DNA of 64,000 nt from Picochlorum sp. SENEW3 (lineage: Eukaryota). Under the pieces are notes generated by a model that was not told the origin of the DNA, did no database searches, and saw only the letters and a program-made list of their open reading frames with translations. The stretch is taken from positions 1,364,001 to 1,428,000 of the forward strand of contig CP120453.1 of NCBI GenBank assembly GCA_034226945.1, written 5' to 3'. This document shows, piece after piece, positions 11,601 through 22,233 of this stretch. Positions within the stretch are counted from its first letter, which is position 1. Every line of letters starts with the position of its first letter. Position numbers and translations under genes: made by a program.

Positions 11601-11872
11601 AGTCAAAGTTCCATCAGAAACATGTAGATCATCGGCCCATGTATCCTCCAGGAAACATCATCTTCTTGCGACCATATGGAGATCCAAATGATGAGACCAA
11701 AGATGCTTCATGGGATGCCGTCTGGCTGAGGGCCAAAGATCTCATGGATGAAGGACTTTTACTATCACGATCCATGTGGCGGCATCACCTCCTTGTACAT
11801 GTTCTTGAAGCCTTGGAAACATCCCTTGAAACTGAAGAAAAACGGTCGATGAACAAGGATGGTACTGTGTGA
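8663..11872 (+). CDS. Membrane class-3 lipase, sn1-diacylglycerol lipase (DAGL)-like
   Basis: N-terminal TM helices; ISIRGT...DLITD, AHAG, GHSLG nucleophile elbow, D.ISR and MYPPG.I motifs. Confidence 0.88.
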   Translation: MPQARFLGRRWRLSTDSLPLLFYPLLTGLSVVMFVLLLSLVATTLSSNYQCSEFAKVGVAMYGMTAIYFCEIVVFVLIIRFGWMYGPLNESKRMPQMSIFIHVWILVVIVKLVFTCWGIFVVYSPTVSRECWSSNPCAIYSDQLPKVCVPGATGNVELTPSCQAIVSNLDDFNACFEKWAKFGGGWMIDNFVGMYSDTDNVLLSYSNFTYPGTVTCSTVDWENDKRLAAINPYDNTTSIFMTLFVVLRGIDDFIRQEAPNETTLVDILPSAYQSVILRFISNGIYDDKNLTLAELDTKIPWNICLSDYCRDLLQNDCEQWRTLETLPETYKISGWFAAIMYISLAVCILTGFLFIITFNAFPDYESEESWHGLLSGVAKRLGFLEELRTTATHDGVDALVGIGGLLHSLFGGADLDFTDLLLGLYLVHLRQKWKRKEHALLYVARHGYDGKEKEINIWRSWIVGFIMFPSFSDRYHGWWWTKRKTRGSDKKKSAMSSERSSSLSQIDGEILDQLSTEFEHIWVHNDSNGIGVGEERVEDKTRGDVDSDANALTLRHSFVRIESLASETSKERIISTQSNNLVKLVKQERAMITPLNLHNVTFEIDDASKSQTDDFVSLYLGKPSGLVDAEILKETIHFLPIARASYGLMKFKWKTCVETTWRYKMQTKMIGCFQRCIPASIKESYHRERNLQYVIRMIGCNEDDILYASYTSSALAVIPYLIFRDTSTKNICISIRGTVGAADLITDLVSNPIDISDMFNSEKELYAHAGVASSTMALIDQFKHKGIWEAFRDQDTATKQQQQEEDEQPHGGNSMIMDRDDDDDNGGHSGRFSLARAKDVIREAIHQDGYGVVITGHSLGAAVACLVAGAMRTIHPTLRCIAYNPPGGLVDENLRALSKTYCNSVVCGQDAISRMSLGTLKRVIDDMMFALASCKRPKLSILFDSIIGRYVNTAAASHVFGTFDDIEPDVLDVLKTYLQKSKFHQKHVDHRPMYPPGNIIFLRPYGDPNDETKDASWDAVWLRAKDLMDEGLLLSRSMWRHHLLVHVLEALETSLETEEKRSMNKDGTV

Positions 11873-12009
11873 CACTTGTATAATGTAATTCACTGCTAGT
11901 TATGCTGTCAGCATGATTGAATTCAAATGTGTACAAGATTATATGATGACATCCTAAAATGTTTGAATATGTATGGCAAAAGACAAACCCATTGCTCAAC
12001 TAGTCAAAT

Positions 12010-14028
12010 CTAGGAAAAAAGAAACACAATGGACACGATAAAGACTGTCAAAGAGATTGTTCTTCTTGTCACTGCAAAACTCTGTTCTGAAACAGGCTCT
12101 GACGGACTTGTAGTACTACACAGCGTGTCATCTGAATCAACTGCACAATTGACGATGCGATTTGTCTCAACTGTATTCTCATTTACTGGACTAACAAGTC
12201 CAAAATACTGACACAGGATGAGATTGTCTGCCACTGGTATCTGTGAGATCACAGGTGCCGTTGCCAGCATTGTATAATTATCGCCCCCGGTTGCAGCAAA
12301 CTCATTGGTAATGAGAATTATTTGATCATAACTTTCCAAGGTTTTATATTCTCCTGTAGTTGGGTCCCGCAAGTTTGCATTGACCACTCTGGAATACTGA
12401 GGGACGGATGCATCTGGGTTGAATGAGAACTCAATCTCTTTACTTATTTGAGGGAATCTCCCACTTGCGTCTTCTGTTCCAGTCCAACCGGATACACCGT
12501 TGTTGAGTGCTGCGTAAAGAACAGTTCCATTCAGAAGCTGCACGTAGACATAGTCATCAAATGGCAAGACTGAGTCACAATCCTCTGCTGTAATATTTCC
12601 AACATCAATACTGGCGCGAATGGCCCCACCAAATGACATTCCAACCCATGGGACACCCTTATATGTCTCACCCACAGAGGAGGTGTTTTTCAAGTACCAA
12701 GTATAGCTATCAGCAATGATACCTCCAAGGTTGGTCTCCATGTTCCTCACATTTTCTCTCGTTCCATCCAAAAGAACTGAAGTGGTCCCCACAATCCGAT
12801 TTCTTGCAGCCTTGATAGGTCCAGACAATGCATCAAGTTCCTCTGCAACAGTAGCATTTGGTTCCACAGGATTCGTAGAATTCTTACCTCCGAGCAGATA
12901 GGGACCAGACTGCGGGAGTAAAGATGTAACACCACAACCATTTGCAGACACTGTAACATTCAAATTCCCAAGATACCTGCCCGCCCAGAACGCCTGGGTG
13001 ATTGGAATATTCTTCCCATTTGGATTCATGACAAATGTCGGATACGGCCCTTCGATTGTTGCCGTTTCATTCGTGGGCGGATCAACCAGCACCAGAGGTG
13101 GTTCCGTTGCATTTGACAAGAATGTATGCGTGTGACCACCAATAATGATATCCAGGCCACCAGCCTCTTCTAGAGCTGCCAGCTTCATATCCTCCTCATA
13201 TCCAATGTGCGTAAGCCCAATCACGATATCAGCTCCGGCATCCTTTGCCTCTTGCACACAGTCGGCAATCACATCTGCCGGCTGCAAAAATGTAATGGTA
13301 GGTGAGGGACTGGAGGTGACATTTGTGTAAAAGTCTACGAGTCCTACAATGCCAACCTTCAGCCCGGATCGAGGAAGCTCAACAACTGTATAGTTTTCTG
13401 TCAATCCATCTAGCAGCGGCTCATTCGAAAAGTCCACGTTACAAGCCAGTACTGGCATGGACAAATTACCTATGAACGATGCCAACACCTGTGAAGTGTA
13501 ATCAAACTCGTGATTCCCAAGCGTAAATGCAGCCAAGTTCAACTGATTCAAAAATTGAGGAGCAATCTGTATATTTTCTTTCGTGTAGATGTTATCCCAA
13601 ATCGTTCCGGTAAACTGATCTCCAGCATGCAGCACCAGTGAATCTTGACCAGCATTGTTTGCCTGACTCAACAAGGTATCCACCGCTGTCTGGATCCTTG
13701 CCATGCCACCGAAACATACATCCTCCGAACCTTCTGGACAATCACCAATAGATAACGTTGCAGGGGTGTAATGTGCGTGCAAATCATTCATATGTATAAT
13801 GTCCAGGGACACATTGTCACCGCAGTCTGGCGCTCCGTCGTCAGCGAGGACCTTTCTCGCCGAGACGGACAATATCTCCCTCCCACGCTGTCTAATAATG
13901 TCTTCCTGTCTGAATTTTGGATATGTTTCATGATTCAAATGAATCAGATCACGAGAATAGGCCAATCCTGATGACAATAACGTCACGAGACACAGGTACC
14001 AGAAGCGACGTGACCTTTCGACACACAT
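12010..14028 (-). CDS. Secreted or membrane-anchored 5'-nucleotidase/apyrase (calcineurin-like metallophosphoesterase plus 5'-NT C domain)
   Basis: HMNDLH, AGDQF.GT, LGNHEFD, GLTHIG, GGHTH, R..ETNLG and GGDNY motifs; signal peptide and hydrophobic C-terminus. Confidence 0.93.
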   Translation of the reverse strand: MCVERSRRFWYLCLVTLLSSGLAYSRDLIHLNHETYPKFRQEDIIRQRGREILSVSARKVLADDGAPDCGDNVSLDIIHMNDLHAHYTPATLSIGDCPEGSEDVCFGGMARIQTAVDTLLSQANNAGQDSLVLHAGDQFTGTIWDNIYTKENIQIAPQFLNQLNLAAFTLGNHEFDYTSQVLASFIGNLSMPVLACNVDFSNEPLLDGLTENYTVVELPRSGLKVGIVGLVDFYTNVTSSPSPTITFLQPADVIADCVQEAKDAGADIVIGLTHIGYEEDMKLAALEEAGGLDIIIGGHTHTFLSNATEPPLVLVDPPTNETATIEGPYPTFVMNPNGKNIPITQAFWAGRYLGNLNVTVSANGCGVTSLLPQSGPYLLGGKNSTNPVEPNATVAEELDALSGPIKAARNRIVGTTSVLLDGTRENVRNMETNLGGIIADSYTWYLKNTSSVGETYKGVPWVGMSFGGAIRASIDVGNITAEDCDSVLPFDDYVYVQLLNGTVLYAALNNGVSGWTGTEDASGRFPQISKEIEFSFNPDASVPQYSRVVNANLRDPTTGEYKTLESYDQIILITNEFAATGGDNYTMLATAPVISQIPVADNLILCQYFGLVSPVNENTVETNRIVNCAVDSDDTLCSTTSPSEPVSEQSFAVTRRTISLTVFIVSIVFLFS

Positions 14029-14126
14029 CTTGCGACAGACCCTATGCGATCACACCTTCACGCCCTTTTCAGATACACAAAAATAAATATATGGCTATTT
14101 TTGGTGTTCTAAAATAGGAGACGAGC

Positions 14127-14180
14127 GATCAGACGCGCGTCTGATCTAAGATCTTCCATATCGATGATATCATCGATATG
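14127..14180. promoter_or_regulatory. Cluster of perfect palindromes in the divergent promoter region
   Basis: gatcagacgcgcgtctgatc (14127..14146), aagatctt (14148..14155) and catatcgatgatatcatcgatatg (14157..14180). The regulatory role is inferred from position. Confidence 0.55.
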
Positions 14181-14489
14181 CACATCTTGCACATATATAT
14201 GTAACCCACACTAATTAATTATGTGTTGGGAAATGCTCTGGCAGATCCTGCTGTCAAAGACTATGCTCACATTGAAGCGTGTATACATCACAGCCAGAAA
14301 TGTCACATATTGGTTGATACTCCTACTGCAGTAGCGCTACTGCAGCTAGCTGCAATGTGAGACACATGAAACATGGCGCCACCAGTGGTGGCCCACCACC
14401 CACCATCGTTGGCATTGATGACTCGTATGCACTTAAAAAAAATCCTCAGCAACTCTTTTATTATTATTACATGTATGTATCCTAAAATA

Positions 14490-15416
14490 ATGACTAAAAA
14501 GACTACTGATAAAAGCTTTGGGTTCCGCACAACCGCCCTCGAGGCCGTGGAAGGGTTTGATCTTTCTGGGAAAACAGCGCTCGTCACTGGAGGAAATTCT
14601 GGCATTGGTGTGGAAACTGTCCGAGCACTAGCGTCTGCAGGATGCAATGTCATTCTCTGTAGCCGCAAGGTTGAGGCTGGGCAGGAGGTGGCGGATTCGA
14701 TCGCACCGTCTGTCAAGGGAAATGTCACCGTGGAGCAATTGGATCTCTCTGATCTCGACAATGTCAAGACCTGTGCATCACGTGTCCTTGAATCAAACCC
14801 TAAGATTCATCTTTTGGTGTTGAATGCTGGTGTCATGGCATGTCCTCTGACCAGGACTGCACAAGGGTTTGAACAGACCATGGGAGTATGCCATTTTGGC
14901 CACATGTACCTGACACAGCGCCTCTTGCCTGCTGTCAAGGCTGCTGGAACACCAGGAGATGAGAGTAGAATAATAGTGGTATCTTCATTGGCGCATACAT
15001 TTGGTTCCATTGTCCTCGACGACCTGAATTGGGATACACGGAGGTATTGGTCCTGGGCAGCATATGGCCAGGCCAAGTTGGCAAACGTCCTATTTGCAAG
15101 AGAATTAGCTGTACGATTAAAGGATGATAACGTTCTTGCCTACTCCCTCCACCCTGGGTCTATCGTCACCAATCTGCAGAGATATAAGTGGTATATACTT
15201 CCGATTCAATATGCTCTCTTCTTCATGAGAAAGACTATTCCTCAAGGGGCTAGTACAACCATTGTTGCATGCACTGCCAAAGGAATCGAGTCTGGAGAGT
15301 ATCTGAGTGATTGCCATGTTACCAAAACTTCCAAACAAGGTCAGGATATGGACATGGCGCATGCATTGTGGGACAAGACGTGTGAGATTCTCAAAGACAA
15401 GGGATTTGCTGAATAA
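14490..15416 (+). CDS. Short-chain dehydrogenase/reductase (retinol dehydrogenase/Tic32-like)
   Basis: TGGNSGIG, LNAGVM, VSS, YGQAK (YxxxK) and LHPG motifs. Start set at MTKKTTDKSFG. Confidence 0.92.
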   Translation: MTKKTTDKSFGFRTTALEAVEGFDLSGKTALVTGGNSGIGVETVRALASAGCNVILCSRKVEAGQEVADSIAPSVKGNVTVEQLDLSDLDNVKTCASRVLESNPKIHLLVLNAGVMACPLTRTAQGFEQTMGVCHFGHMYLTQRLLPAVKAAGTPGDESRIIVVSSLAHTFGSIVLDDLNWDTRRYWSWAAYGQAKLANVLFARELAVRLKDDNVLAYSLHPGSIVTNLQRYKWYILPIQYALFFMRKTIPQGASTTIVACTAKGIESGEYLSDCHVTKTSKQGQDMDMAHALWDKTCEILKDKGFAE

Positions 15417-15497
15417 TTGGCCTGCACAGAATAGCCCTCTTAAATATCATGCTTTTGTTTATTATTGTTATTTTTTTAATGATGATGTAATGATAAT

Positions 15498-16616
15498 ATG
15501 GAAAAGGATATGAAGGAGACAAGGCTCGAGTCAAGCGCAGGGCACGTGTCATCTGAGTTTGAACTGGCGGAGAGAGTTCACCCCGTGACAATTGATTATA
15601 CCGATTTGGTCACTCCTGAATACTCTTTAGAAATTATAAATCGTATTGAAGAGGGTTTAGGGAAAGATGGGCTCGGGATTATCGGTATACGAAACGTTCC
15701 TGGCTTTGTCGAGAAGCGGCAGCGGTTGTTACCGTTGGCAGCCAGGCTCTGTTTGATGCCCGAGCATATTCAGACATCATGGGAGGACCCGGAGAGTTCA
15801 TTCAATGTCGGATGGAGCTTTGGAAAGGAAAGCTTGAAGAATGGGTTGAAGGATTCGCGCAAGGGGTCATATTATGCAAACCCAATGTGTGACTCGGTGA
15901 CAGAGGATGCAGCCCTGCTCAAGGAATATCCATCGTATACGAGACCGAATATATGGCCGAGTGAGCATGTTCCAGATTTGGAGGAATCATTCAAGGAATT
16001 AGGCGCATTGATATATCGGATTGGTTTGCGTATACTGGAAGTATGTGGAGGAGGTGACTGTGCATCAGATGCACAGTGTGCCAAGGGCCGTCTGTTATGC
16101 TACCTTCCACAGAAATGGCATGAGCAGAAAGCACATATAGATGATGAAACACAAGAAGACGCGGGGATGTGGTGTGCATGGCACAAGGACCATGGGAGCC
16201 TGACTGGCCTTTGCCCAGCCTACTTTTTGTCCTCTCCGGATACACAGGACGAGATTGAATGCCCCGATCCATCCTCGGGGCTGTACGTACGGACCAGGAA
16301 AGGCAAACTGGTTAAAATAGTTATGAATAAGGATGTTCTTGGGTTTCAGGTGGGTGAAGCATTGGAAGCATTGACTGGTGGACGAGTAGCAGCGACGCCG
16401 CACTGTGTCCGTGCAGCAAAGAGCCCCGAGACGACGCGATGCACATTTGCCTTGTTCATGCAACCACATTGGAATACGCCCTTGTCCTCTTTGAATAGAG
16501 AAGACTCGACCGAGTCTCATGACAAAGAGCAACACCCTGAGATTGATCACTGGATCCCCGGCATGACATTTGGTGATTTTTCCAAAGCAAAGTTTGCAGC
16601 ATATTATCATGAATAA
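15498..16616 (+). CDS. 2-oxoglutarate/Fe(II)-dependent oxygenase family protein
   Basis: GLGIIGI, GWS.GKE, KGSYYANP, WHKDHGSLTGL (HxD), ATPHCV and R.TFALFMQP motifs. Confidence 0.88.
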   Translation: MEKDMKETRLESSAGHVSSEFELAERVHPVTIDYTDLVTPEYSLEIINRIEEGLGKDGLGIIGIRNVPGFVEKRQRLLPLAARLCLMPEHIQTSWEDPESSFNVGWSFGKESLKNGLKDSRKGSYYANPMCDSVTEDAALLKEYPSYTRPNIWPSEHVPDLEESFKELGALIYRIGLRILEVCGGGDCASDAQCAKGRLLCYLPQKWHEQKAHIDDETQEDAGMWCAWHKDHGSLTGLCPAYFLSSPDTQDEIECPDPSSGLYVRTRKGKLVKIVMNKDVLGFQVGEALEALTGGRVAATPHCVRAAKSPETTRCTFALFMQPHWNTPLSSLNREDSTESHDKEQHPEIDHWIPGMTFGDFSKAKFAAYYHE

Positions 16617-16644
16617 TAATAAGTATCAACACTATATACATCAA

Positions 16645-17832
16645 TCAACTATAATGGCACATTTCCTCCCACACTTTCTGCCGCACATCGGCCTCTTGCA
16701 TCTTGTCTTCTTCAAAATCAAACTTGAAAGGCCCACCTCCATGCGTCTGTGGATACTCTGGCTCTGTTGCAGGATCATGCAAGGCCTTGAGCCAAGGATG
16801 CTCCAGCGCCTCGGCAACTGTGATCCTCTTCCTAGGATCAAACTGAAGCATTCGATTCACCAAATCAATCGCATCCTCGGACGCACCTCGGAACATGCGT
16901 CTAAAATCTGGCTTGGGAGACTTGGGCAGTGCCTCAATATACGCCCGTGCCTTTGGTGCCGTGATGAAATCCAACTCATCATCTACAGGACTTCCAAGCG
17001 TCTTGATAATAAGCTTCAGCTGATCCAGATAATCCCTACCAGGAAAGATTGGCTTACGCAGCAACATTTCTGCAATCATGCATCCCACACTCCACACATC
17101 AATCTTGGCATCATACGTATCACACGACAAGAGCAGCTCTGGAGCTCGATACCATCTCGTCACCACATATTCTGTCATGAAATTATTCGACTCTGTCTCT
17201 GTACGCGCCAAGCCAAAATCGGCAATCTTCAAATCGCACGACGCATTCAACAGGACATTTGATGGCTTCAAGTCTCTATGCAGCACAGATGCCGAATGCA
17301 CATACTTGAGCCCTCTCAAAATCTGATACGTGAAGAATTGGAAATGTTCTTCTGTCAACGGCTGACTCGACCGGATAATCTGATGCAAATCAGTATCCAT
17401 CAACTCGTACACAATATACACGTCATTCTGGTACTGAGACACACCCTTGCCCAGCACCACTGGCGTCTTCTCCACCCTCTCCACACCAATAATATTCTCA
17501 TGCTTCAGACACCTCAACAGAACCAACTCCCTGAGCGTGCGCTTCGCATCAATAATGTTCTCAAACGCATTGGTAATCTTCTTGATAGCCACCTTCTTCT
17601 GACTCACCGTGTCTTGTGCAGAGCACACCACCCCATACGCCCCCTTCCCAATAGCTTTGATGGGCTGATATCGCTTATCAATCACAAACTCTGTCCTCCA
17701 CACCTGGTAACACTTTTTCCCAGCCGTGAATTCCTGTAATTCCTTCTGTGCTGAAGAATATCCATACAACCCTCCACGTGACACTTTTGGAAGAGGCACT
17801 TCGACAGGAATATTCGCATTCGACGTCGTCAT
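16645..17832 (-). CDS. Mitogen-activated protein kinase, TEY type
   Basis: [22 protein letters not shown] and [13 protein letters not shown] motifs. Confidence 0.96.
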   Translation of the reverse strand: MTTSNANIPVEVPLPKVSRGGLYGYSSAQKELQEFTAGKKCYQVWRTEFVIDKRYQPIKAIGKGAYGVVCSAQDTVSQKKVAIKKITNAFENIIDAKRTLRELVLLRCLKHENIIGVERVEKTPVVLGKGVSQYQNDVYIVYELMDTDLHQIIRSSQPLTEEHFQFFTYQILRGLKYVHSASVLHRDLKPSNVLLNASCDLKIADFGLARTETESNNFMTEYVVTRWYRAPELLLSCDTYDAKIDVWSVGCMIAEMLLRKPIFPGRDYLDQLKLIIKTLGSPVDDELDFITAPKARAYIEALPKSPKPDFRRMFRGASEDAIDLVNRMLQFDPRKRITVAEALEHPWLKALHDPATEPEYPQTHGGGPFKFDFEEDKMQEADVRQKVWEEMCHYS

Positions 17833-18255
17833 ATTGATTTTAATACACTATAATATCCACCAATATACAGAGATGGGTCTGATGGGTATAAAGACTGCGT
17901 GTGATTCGGCGGATCGAACGACCAACCAACCAACCAATCCTTGTTCGGTGTTGTAGTACTCCACTGACGTACGATACTACCACGTTCCGGTGTGGATCTG
18001 AATATATGAATTCAATTAGAAAAACTTCCGCTGCCTTGAGAAGGAATACAAGTAATTCCAAAGAAATGATGTTGAGCTACTGCTGCGTCATCTGAGAGGG
18101 CGCCTTGCTTGGGACGAGAAATGTCCATAAAATGTACATTTAGAAAAGACCCATCCGACCACAATCACCCACATCACCACCCGGTGTCGTCGATTTTTTA
18201 TTTTTCTTTACAGACTGATACAGCAATACTACCATTTCGTATCAATCAAAGAATA

Positions 18256-18972
18256 ATGGCATCAATCGCATCTATCCAGCGTGTTCAGGTGGCACATTCT
18301 TCTCCCAATATCAGAAGCAACAACAGCAGAAGAGGCGTGAGGGTGATGGCTGCTCAGATCTCTCGTGAGAATAATGCTGCATCTTCTGATGCAGTGGTGC
18401 ATCCATCAAGGAGGCAGATTGTCATGTTACCATCGTCTTCCTTGATCTATGCTGGAGCTTTGACATTGTTGTCTGGGGAGCAGGCTGCTCAAGCAAAGGG
18501 CGGTTTCGAAGTTGTCAGGGATCAGCAAGATGCGTATCAGTTTTTGTATCCATTCGGATGGCAGGAAGTGGGTGTGCCTGGGCAGGATGTTGTCTACAAG
18601 GATGTGATTGAGCCTTTGGAGAGTGTGAGTGTGAACTACATTCCCACTGATAAAAAGAGCGTGGCTGATTATGGGGATGCCAAGGAGGTGAGTTATACAC
18701 TGGTGAAGAAGGTGTTGACGAATGTGAATCAGGATGTCAAGTTGTTGAATGCGGAGGAGAGGAAGGATAGTACTGGTAGAGTGTACTATGATTTTGAGTA
18801 TACAGCAACGACGCCACGGTATACTCGTCATGCACTTGCGAGTGTGACTGTTGGGAATGGAAAGTTTTATACGTTGGAGACTGGGGCGAATGAGAGGCGT
18901 TGGGGTAAGATGGCTGACAAGATTGCCAGGGTGCAGAAGAGTTTTGAAGTGTCTGATAGGACTGATTATTAA
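18256..18972 (+). CDS. PPL1: PsbP-like protein 1 (thylakoid lumen)
   Basis: Transit peptide, twin-Arg SRRQ, AQA cleavage site and YPFGWQEV...YKDVIEPLESVSV. Confidence 0.88.
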   Translation: MASIASIQRVQVAHSSPNIRSNNSRRGVRVMAAQISRENNAASSDAVVHPSRRQIVMLPSSSLIYAGALTLLSGEQAAQAKGGFEVVRDQQDAYQFLYPFGWQEVGVPGQDVVYKDVIEPLESVSVNYIPTDKKSVADYGDAKEVSYTLVKKVLTNVNQDVKLLNAEERKDSTGRVYYDFEYTATTPRYTRHALASVTVGNGKFYTLETGANERRWGKMADKIARVQKSFEVSDRTDY

Positions 18973-19053
18973 TGATGATATGTGTTTTCTCTCCTCGTTG
19001 TTTGTAACACAAAATAGTAAAAAAGCAACGGAATTTTTTTTTTCATACTTGTA

Positions 19054-20925
19054 TCATGGTTCGAGCAGAATGTCCTGATAGGCAATGAGAAAGTTGCCAA
19101 CTATTCTCCTATCTGGGACCTTTGCTGCCATGCCATAGAGCGGTGCCATGCCTTGATCCTCGTCCTGATTGCCTTCTGATTCCCGACGAGCTGCTTCTGT
19201 GACCGCATCTGACAAGTCATCAATCAGATCTTGTGTTAAAGATTCTGAATGTGCTGGTGTGAAACACATATGAAGAGCTGGAGGAGACTGCAGTGCTGAG
19301 AGTTTCCACCCCTTGGATGCCATGATGTCATTCACTACATATATGTTCAAGACTGGCTTGCTTGTATTTGGATCATTCATCGCCGTAAATGCAATGACTG
19401 ACATGATGGGGTTTCCTATGACTTTCAGCTGATTCTTCATGTTGTTGTTAATGGCATCAATGAGCATGGATGAGCATGCCATCATTCGCTTTGTATTTTC
19501 AATGTACCCGTCCATGCCGTGATATAATAAAGCTGCCCACGCTGTTGCGATCAGAGCACCTGATCTACTACCTGCAAACCCTGGGGATATGTATAAACCG
19601 CCTGACCAATCTGTAACCGTCGTGTACTGATATCGTCTGATATCAGGAGAACGATATAGTACGATAGATGTTCCTTTGTGAGAGCATGCAAACTTGTGGG
19701 TATCTAATGACATTGATGTCACCGCATCTACTGAAAAATCAAATGGAGGGATATCATAATGCTCTATTTTTCTCAAAAATGGCAACACAAATCCACCCAG
19801 ACATGCATCCACATGAAGCATGATTTTATATCGCTTGCATACTCGTGCAATCGAAGGGACATCGTCCATAACGCCATGTGGATACCCTGGTGCACTTGCA
19901 ACCACCATGATGGTATTTCTATTGACATGCTTCTCCACAGAACGCCCTCGAAGGCAATAGTCGCCATCCAATTGTGCTTTTACAAGGCGAATTTTGAAAT
20001 ATTCGGACGCCTTGATGAATGCAGCGTGTGCTGAAGGGGCCACAATCATTTCTGGATGTTGAATACCTCGTGTCGCTGCCATGTAATCACGGGATGCTTT
20101 CACTGCTGTCAGAATAGATTCTGTACCACCACTTGTCATAGATCCGCATACATTTTGGGAATCCGTTCCTCCTCCTCCCACCAAGCCTGCCGTCATCATG
20201 ACAACTTCTGCTTCCATTTCCCGTACGCTGGGAAACATGTCAGCATGCATGGGATTTGCCAATGAATACTCTGAATAGACAGAGTTCAACAGATCCATCA
20301 GAGCTTTATCGCCCATATAGATTGCTCCAGATGCCTGACTCCCTCGAGTCGAGTATGCAACATCGCCTAAAATCTTCCTCCGCTCCTCCAAGCATTTGAC
20401 CAGAGTCCTTTTACCTTGTGAAGCTTCTGGCAACGTGAGGAATGTCTTCACCTTTTTCTCACCCCTGCCCTTCATAATATCTTTTCTAAGATTCGAAACA
20501 ACTTTTGCCTGCTCTTTCTGTACGATTGGTCGAATACCTGGCAGATCAGTGACAATCATGGCAACGGTTTGCTTCCAACCCTTGTCTTGAAGCCTTCGAG
20601 CAGTCCTATGAATGGCTTGAATCAACCATGTGATCATTACAAAGCAGCTGATGGCGGCTATGATGAGCAGAGACGGGCTGAACTGAAATAGAAACTGGTC
20701 AAGGTCTGTCCTCTGCTTTTCAAGGGAGCTCAACCACGCTTCCCAAGGGGAAGCATGGCGTATTCGTGCCATATTGGTTGGAAATAGATTCCACATACTA
20801 TTTTTGATTTTTAGAATGCGCTGGCGATGTGATTCGCCGGTTACCATAATGTCGCACGGTGGTTCTGTGTCTTCCGGAAGATCAAAAGCTGCAAGGCCAC
20901 GATGGCCTTGGGCCACCCACGACAT
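19054..20925 (-). CDS. DPL1: Sphingosine-1-phosphate lyase (PLP-dependent)
   Basis: NPMH.D.FP, TSGGTESI, HVDACLGGF, D.HK (PLP lysine), W.GGLY.SP..AGSR motifs and an N-terminal TM segment. Start codon uncertain. Confidence 0.93.
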   Translation of the reverse strand: MSWVAQGHRGLAAFDLPEDTEPPCDIMVTGESHRQRILKIKNSMWNLFPTNMARIRHASPWEAWLSSLEKQRTDLDQFLFQFSPSLLIIAAISCFVMITWLIQAIHRTARRLQDKGWKQTVAMIVTDLPGIRPIVQKEQAKVVSNLRKDIMKGRGEKKVKTFLTLPEASQGKRTLVKCLEERRKILGDVAYSTRGSQASGAIYMGDKALMDLLNSVYSEYSLANPMHADMFPSVREMEAEVVMMTAGLVGGGGTDSQNVCGSMTSGGTESILTAVKASRDYMAATRGIQHPEMIVAPSAHAAFIKASEYFKIRLVKAQLDGDYCLRGRSVEKHVNRNTIMVVASAPGYPHGVMDDVPSIARVCKRYKIMLHVDACLGGFVLPFLRKIEHYDIPPFDFSVDAVTSMSLDTHKFACSHKGTSIVLYRSPDIRRYQYTTVTDWSGGLYISPGFAGSRSGALIATAWAALLYHGMDGYIENTKRMMACSSMLIDAINNNMKNQLKVIGNPIMSVIAFTAMNDPNTSKPVLNIYVVNDIMASKGWKLSALQSPPALHMCFTPAHSESLTQDLIDDLSDAVTEAARRESEGNQDEDQGMAPLYGMAAKVPDRRIVGNFLIAYQDILLEP

Positions 20926-21054
20926 TGATATTGATCTGAATTCAAAAACAAGACTGTGTTGCACAATTGTGTCATATTTTATACTGTGTAGTGTATCTGT
21001 AGACCATTAAGAAGAATTAAATTAATCAGAAGAGTGCTTGTACTCACATGCAGC

Positions 21055-22127
21055 ATGCCTCGTCCCAGAAAGAAATCTGGTGGTCAGTCTCGATTTGCAG
21101 TTCGAGGAGATGACACACGTGATATGTGGAATGAAAAGAATTTAGAGAATGCGTTTCTGCGAAATGGGTCAGAGAGCGGGTCGGCGTCTAGCGAGTCTTC
21201 CGAGGCTGTTGCAGGAGAGATTCAGATACCTCTGGCCATGTGGGATTTGGGTCAATGCGACAAGAAGCGATGTACAGGAACGCGTCTCGTTCGACAGGGT
21301 GTCGTTCAGGAACTTCGACTGGGACAGGTATGGATATAGAGGCATGATGGCTGCTGCCTCATGTATTGCCTTGGAATACAAATACAAATAATAATGCTAG
21401 TGGTGTTTTGCATCTTGATGCAGCATTTTCCTGGTGTGATCATGTCTCCTGTTGGTCGAAGCTGTGTTAGTATGGAAGATGCGGATTTAATTGAAAGCAA
21501 AGGGCTTGCTGTGGTAGACTGTTCCTGGAATAAATTGGATGATGTTCCATTTGGTATGCATTTGGTATTATTATTATTCTGGTGTTCATCATCCTAGTAA
21601 TTCATGCATACATTATTAATTTAATCTACAGGGCGAATAAAAGGACGGGCGCCAAGATTATTACCGTGGATGTTGGCTGCGAATCCTGTAAATTATGGCA
21701 AGCCATGCAAGCTCTCCTGTGCAGAGGCTTTTGCTGGTGCCTTGTACATTTGTGGACGAAAGGATGATTCACGGGCCGTGTTATCTCGATTCAAGTGGTA
21801 TGCGCACGAGTGATAGATGTAGTACGAGGACATCATGCTGATATGACATATGAGTCTTGCAGGGGACACAGTTTTTTTGCTCTGAATGAAGAACTCTTGG
21901 AATTGTACGCTGCATGCACGAATGCAGAACAAGTTATTCAAGCTCAGAACTCGTATTTGGAGTCCATGGCTGAGCAAGATAGGCAGAACGCCGCAAGAGC
22001 AGAGGAGCACGCTGGGGATGGATATTTGGATGGATTAGATCTGCCCCCATCAGATGATTCATACTCGTCATCAGAAGATGAGACAGAAACAGAACTGTGC
22101 GACACGTTAGCTTCTGTAAATGTATGA
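21055..22127 (+). CDS. TSR3: 18S rRNA aminocarboxypropyltransferase; exons 21055..21327, 21424..21553, 21632..21797 and 21863..22127
   Basis: [43 protein letters not shown] and FKWGHSF motifs; three in-frame GT-AG introns. Confidence 0.93.
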
Positions 22128-22233
22128 TCAGGAAAGATACCATGAATTAAATTCAAAAGTAAACAATGATGTTGTGTAAACATGTTTTTTTTTCTTGTGT
22201 TTTCTTCATCCCCTACATCCAATAATATCTCTA

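Noticed and set aside
16570..17739. 230-aa and 153-aa ORFs on the + strand
   Set aside because: Antisense shadows of the MAPK gene.
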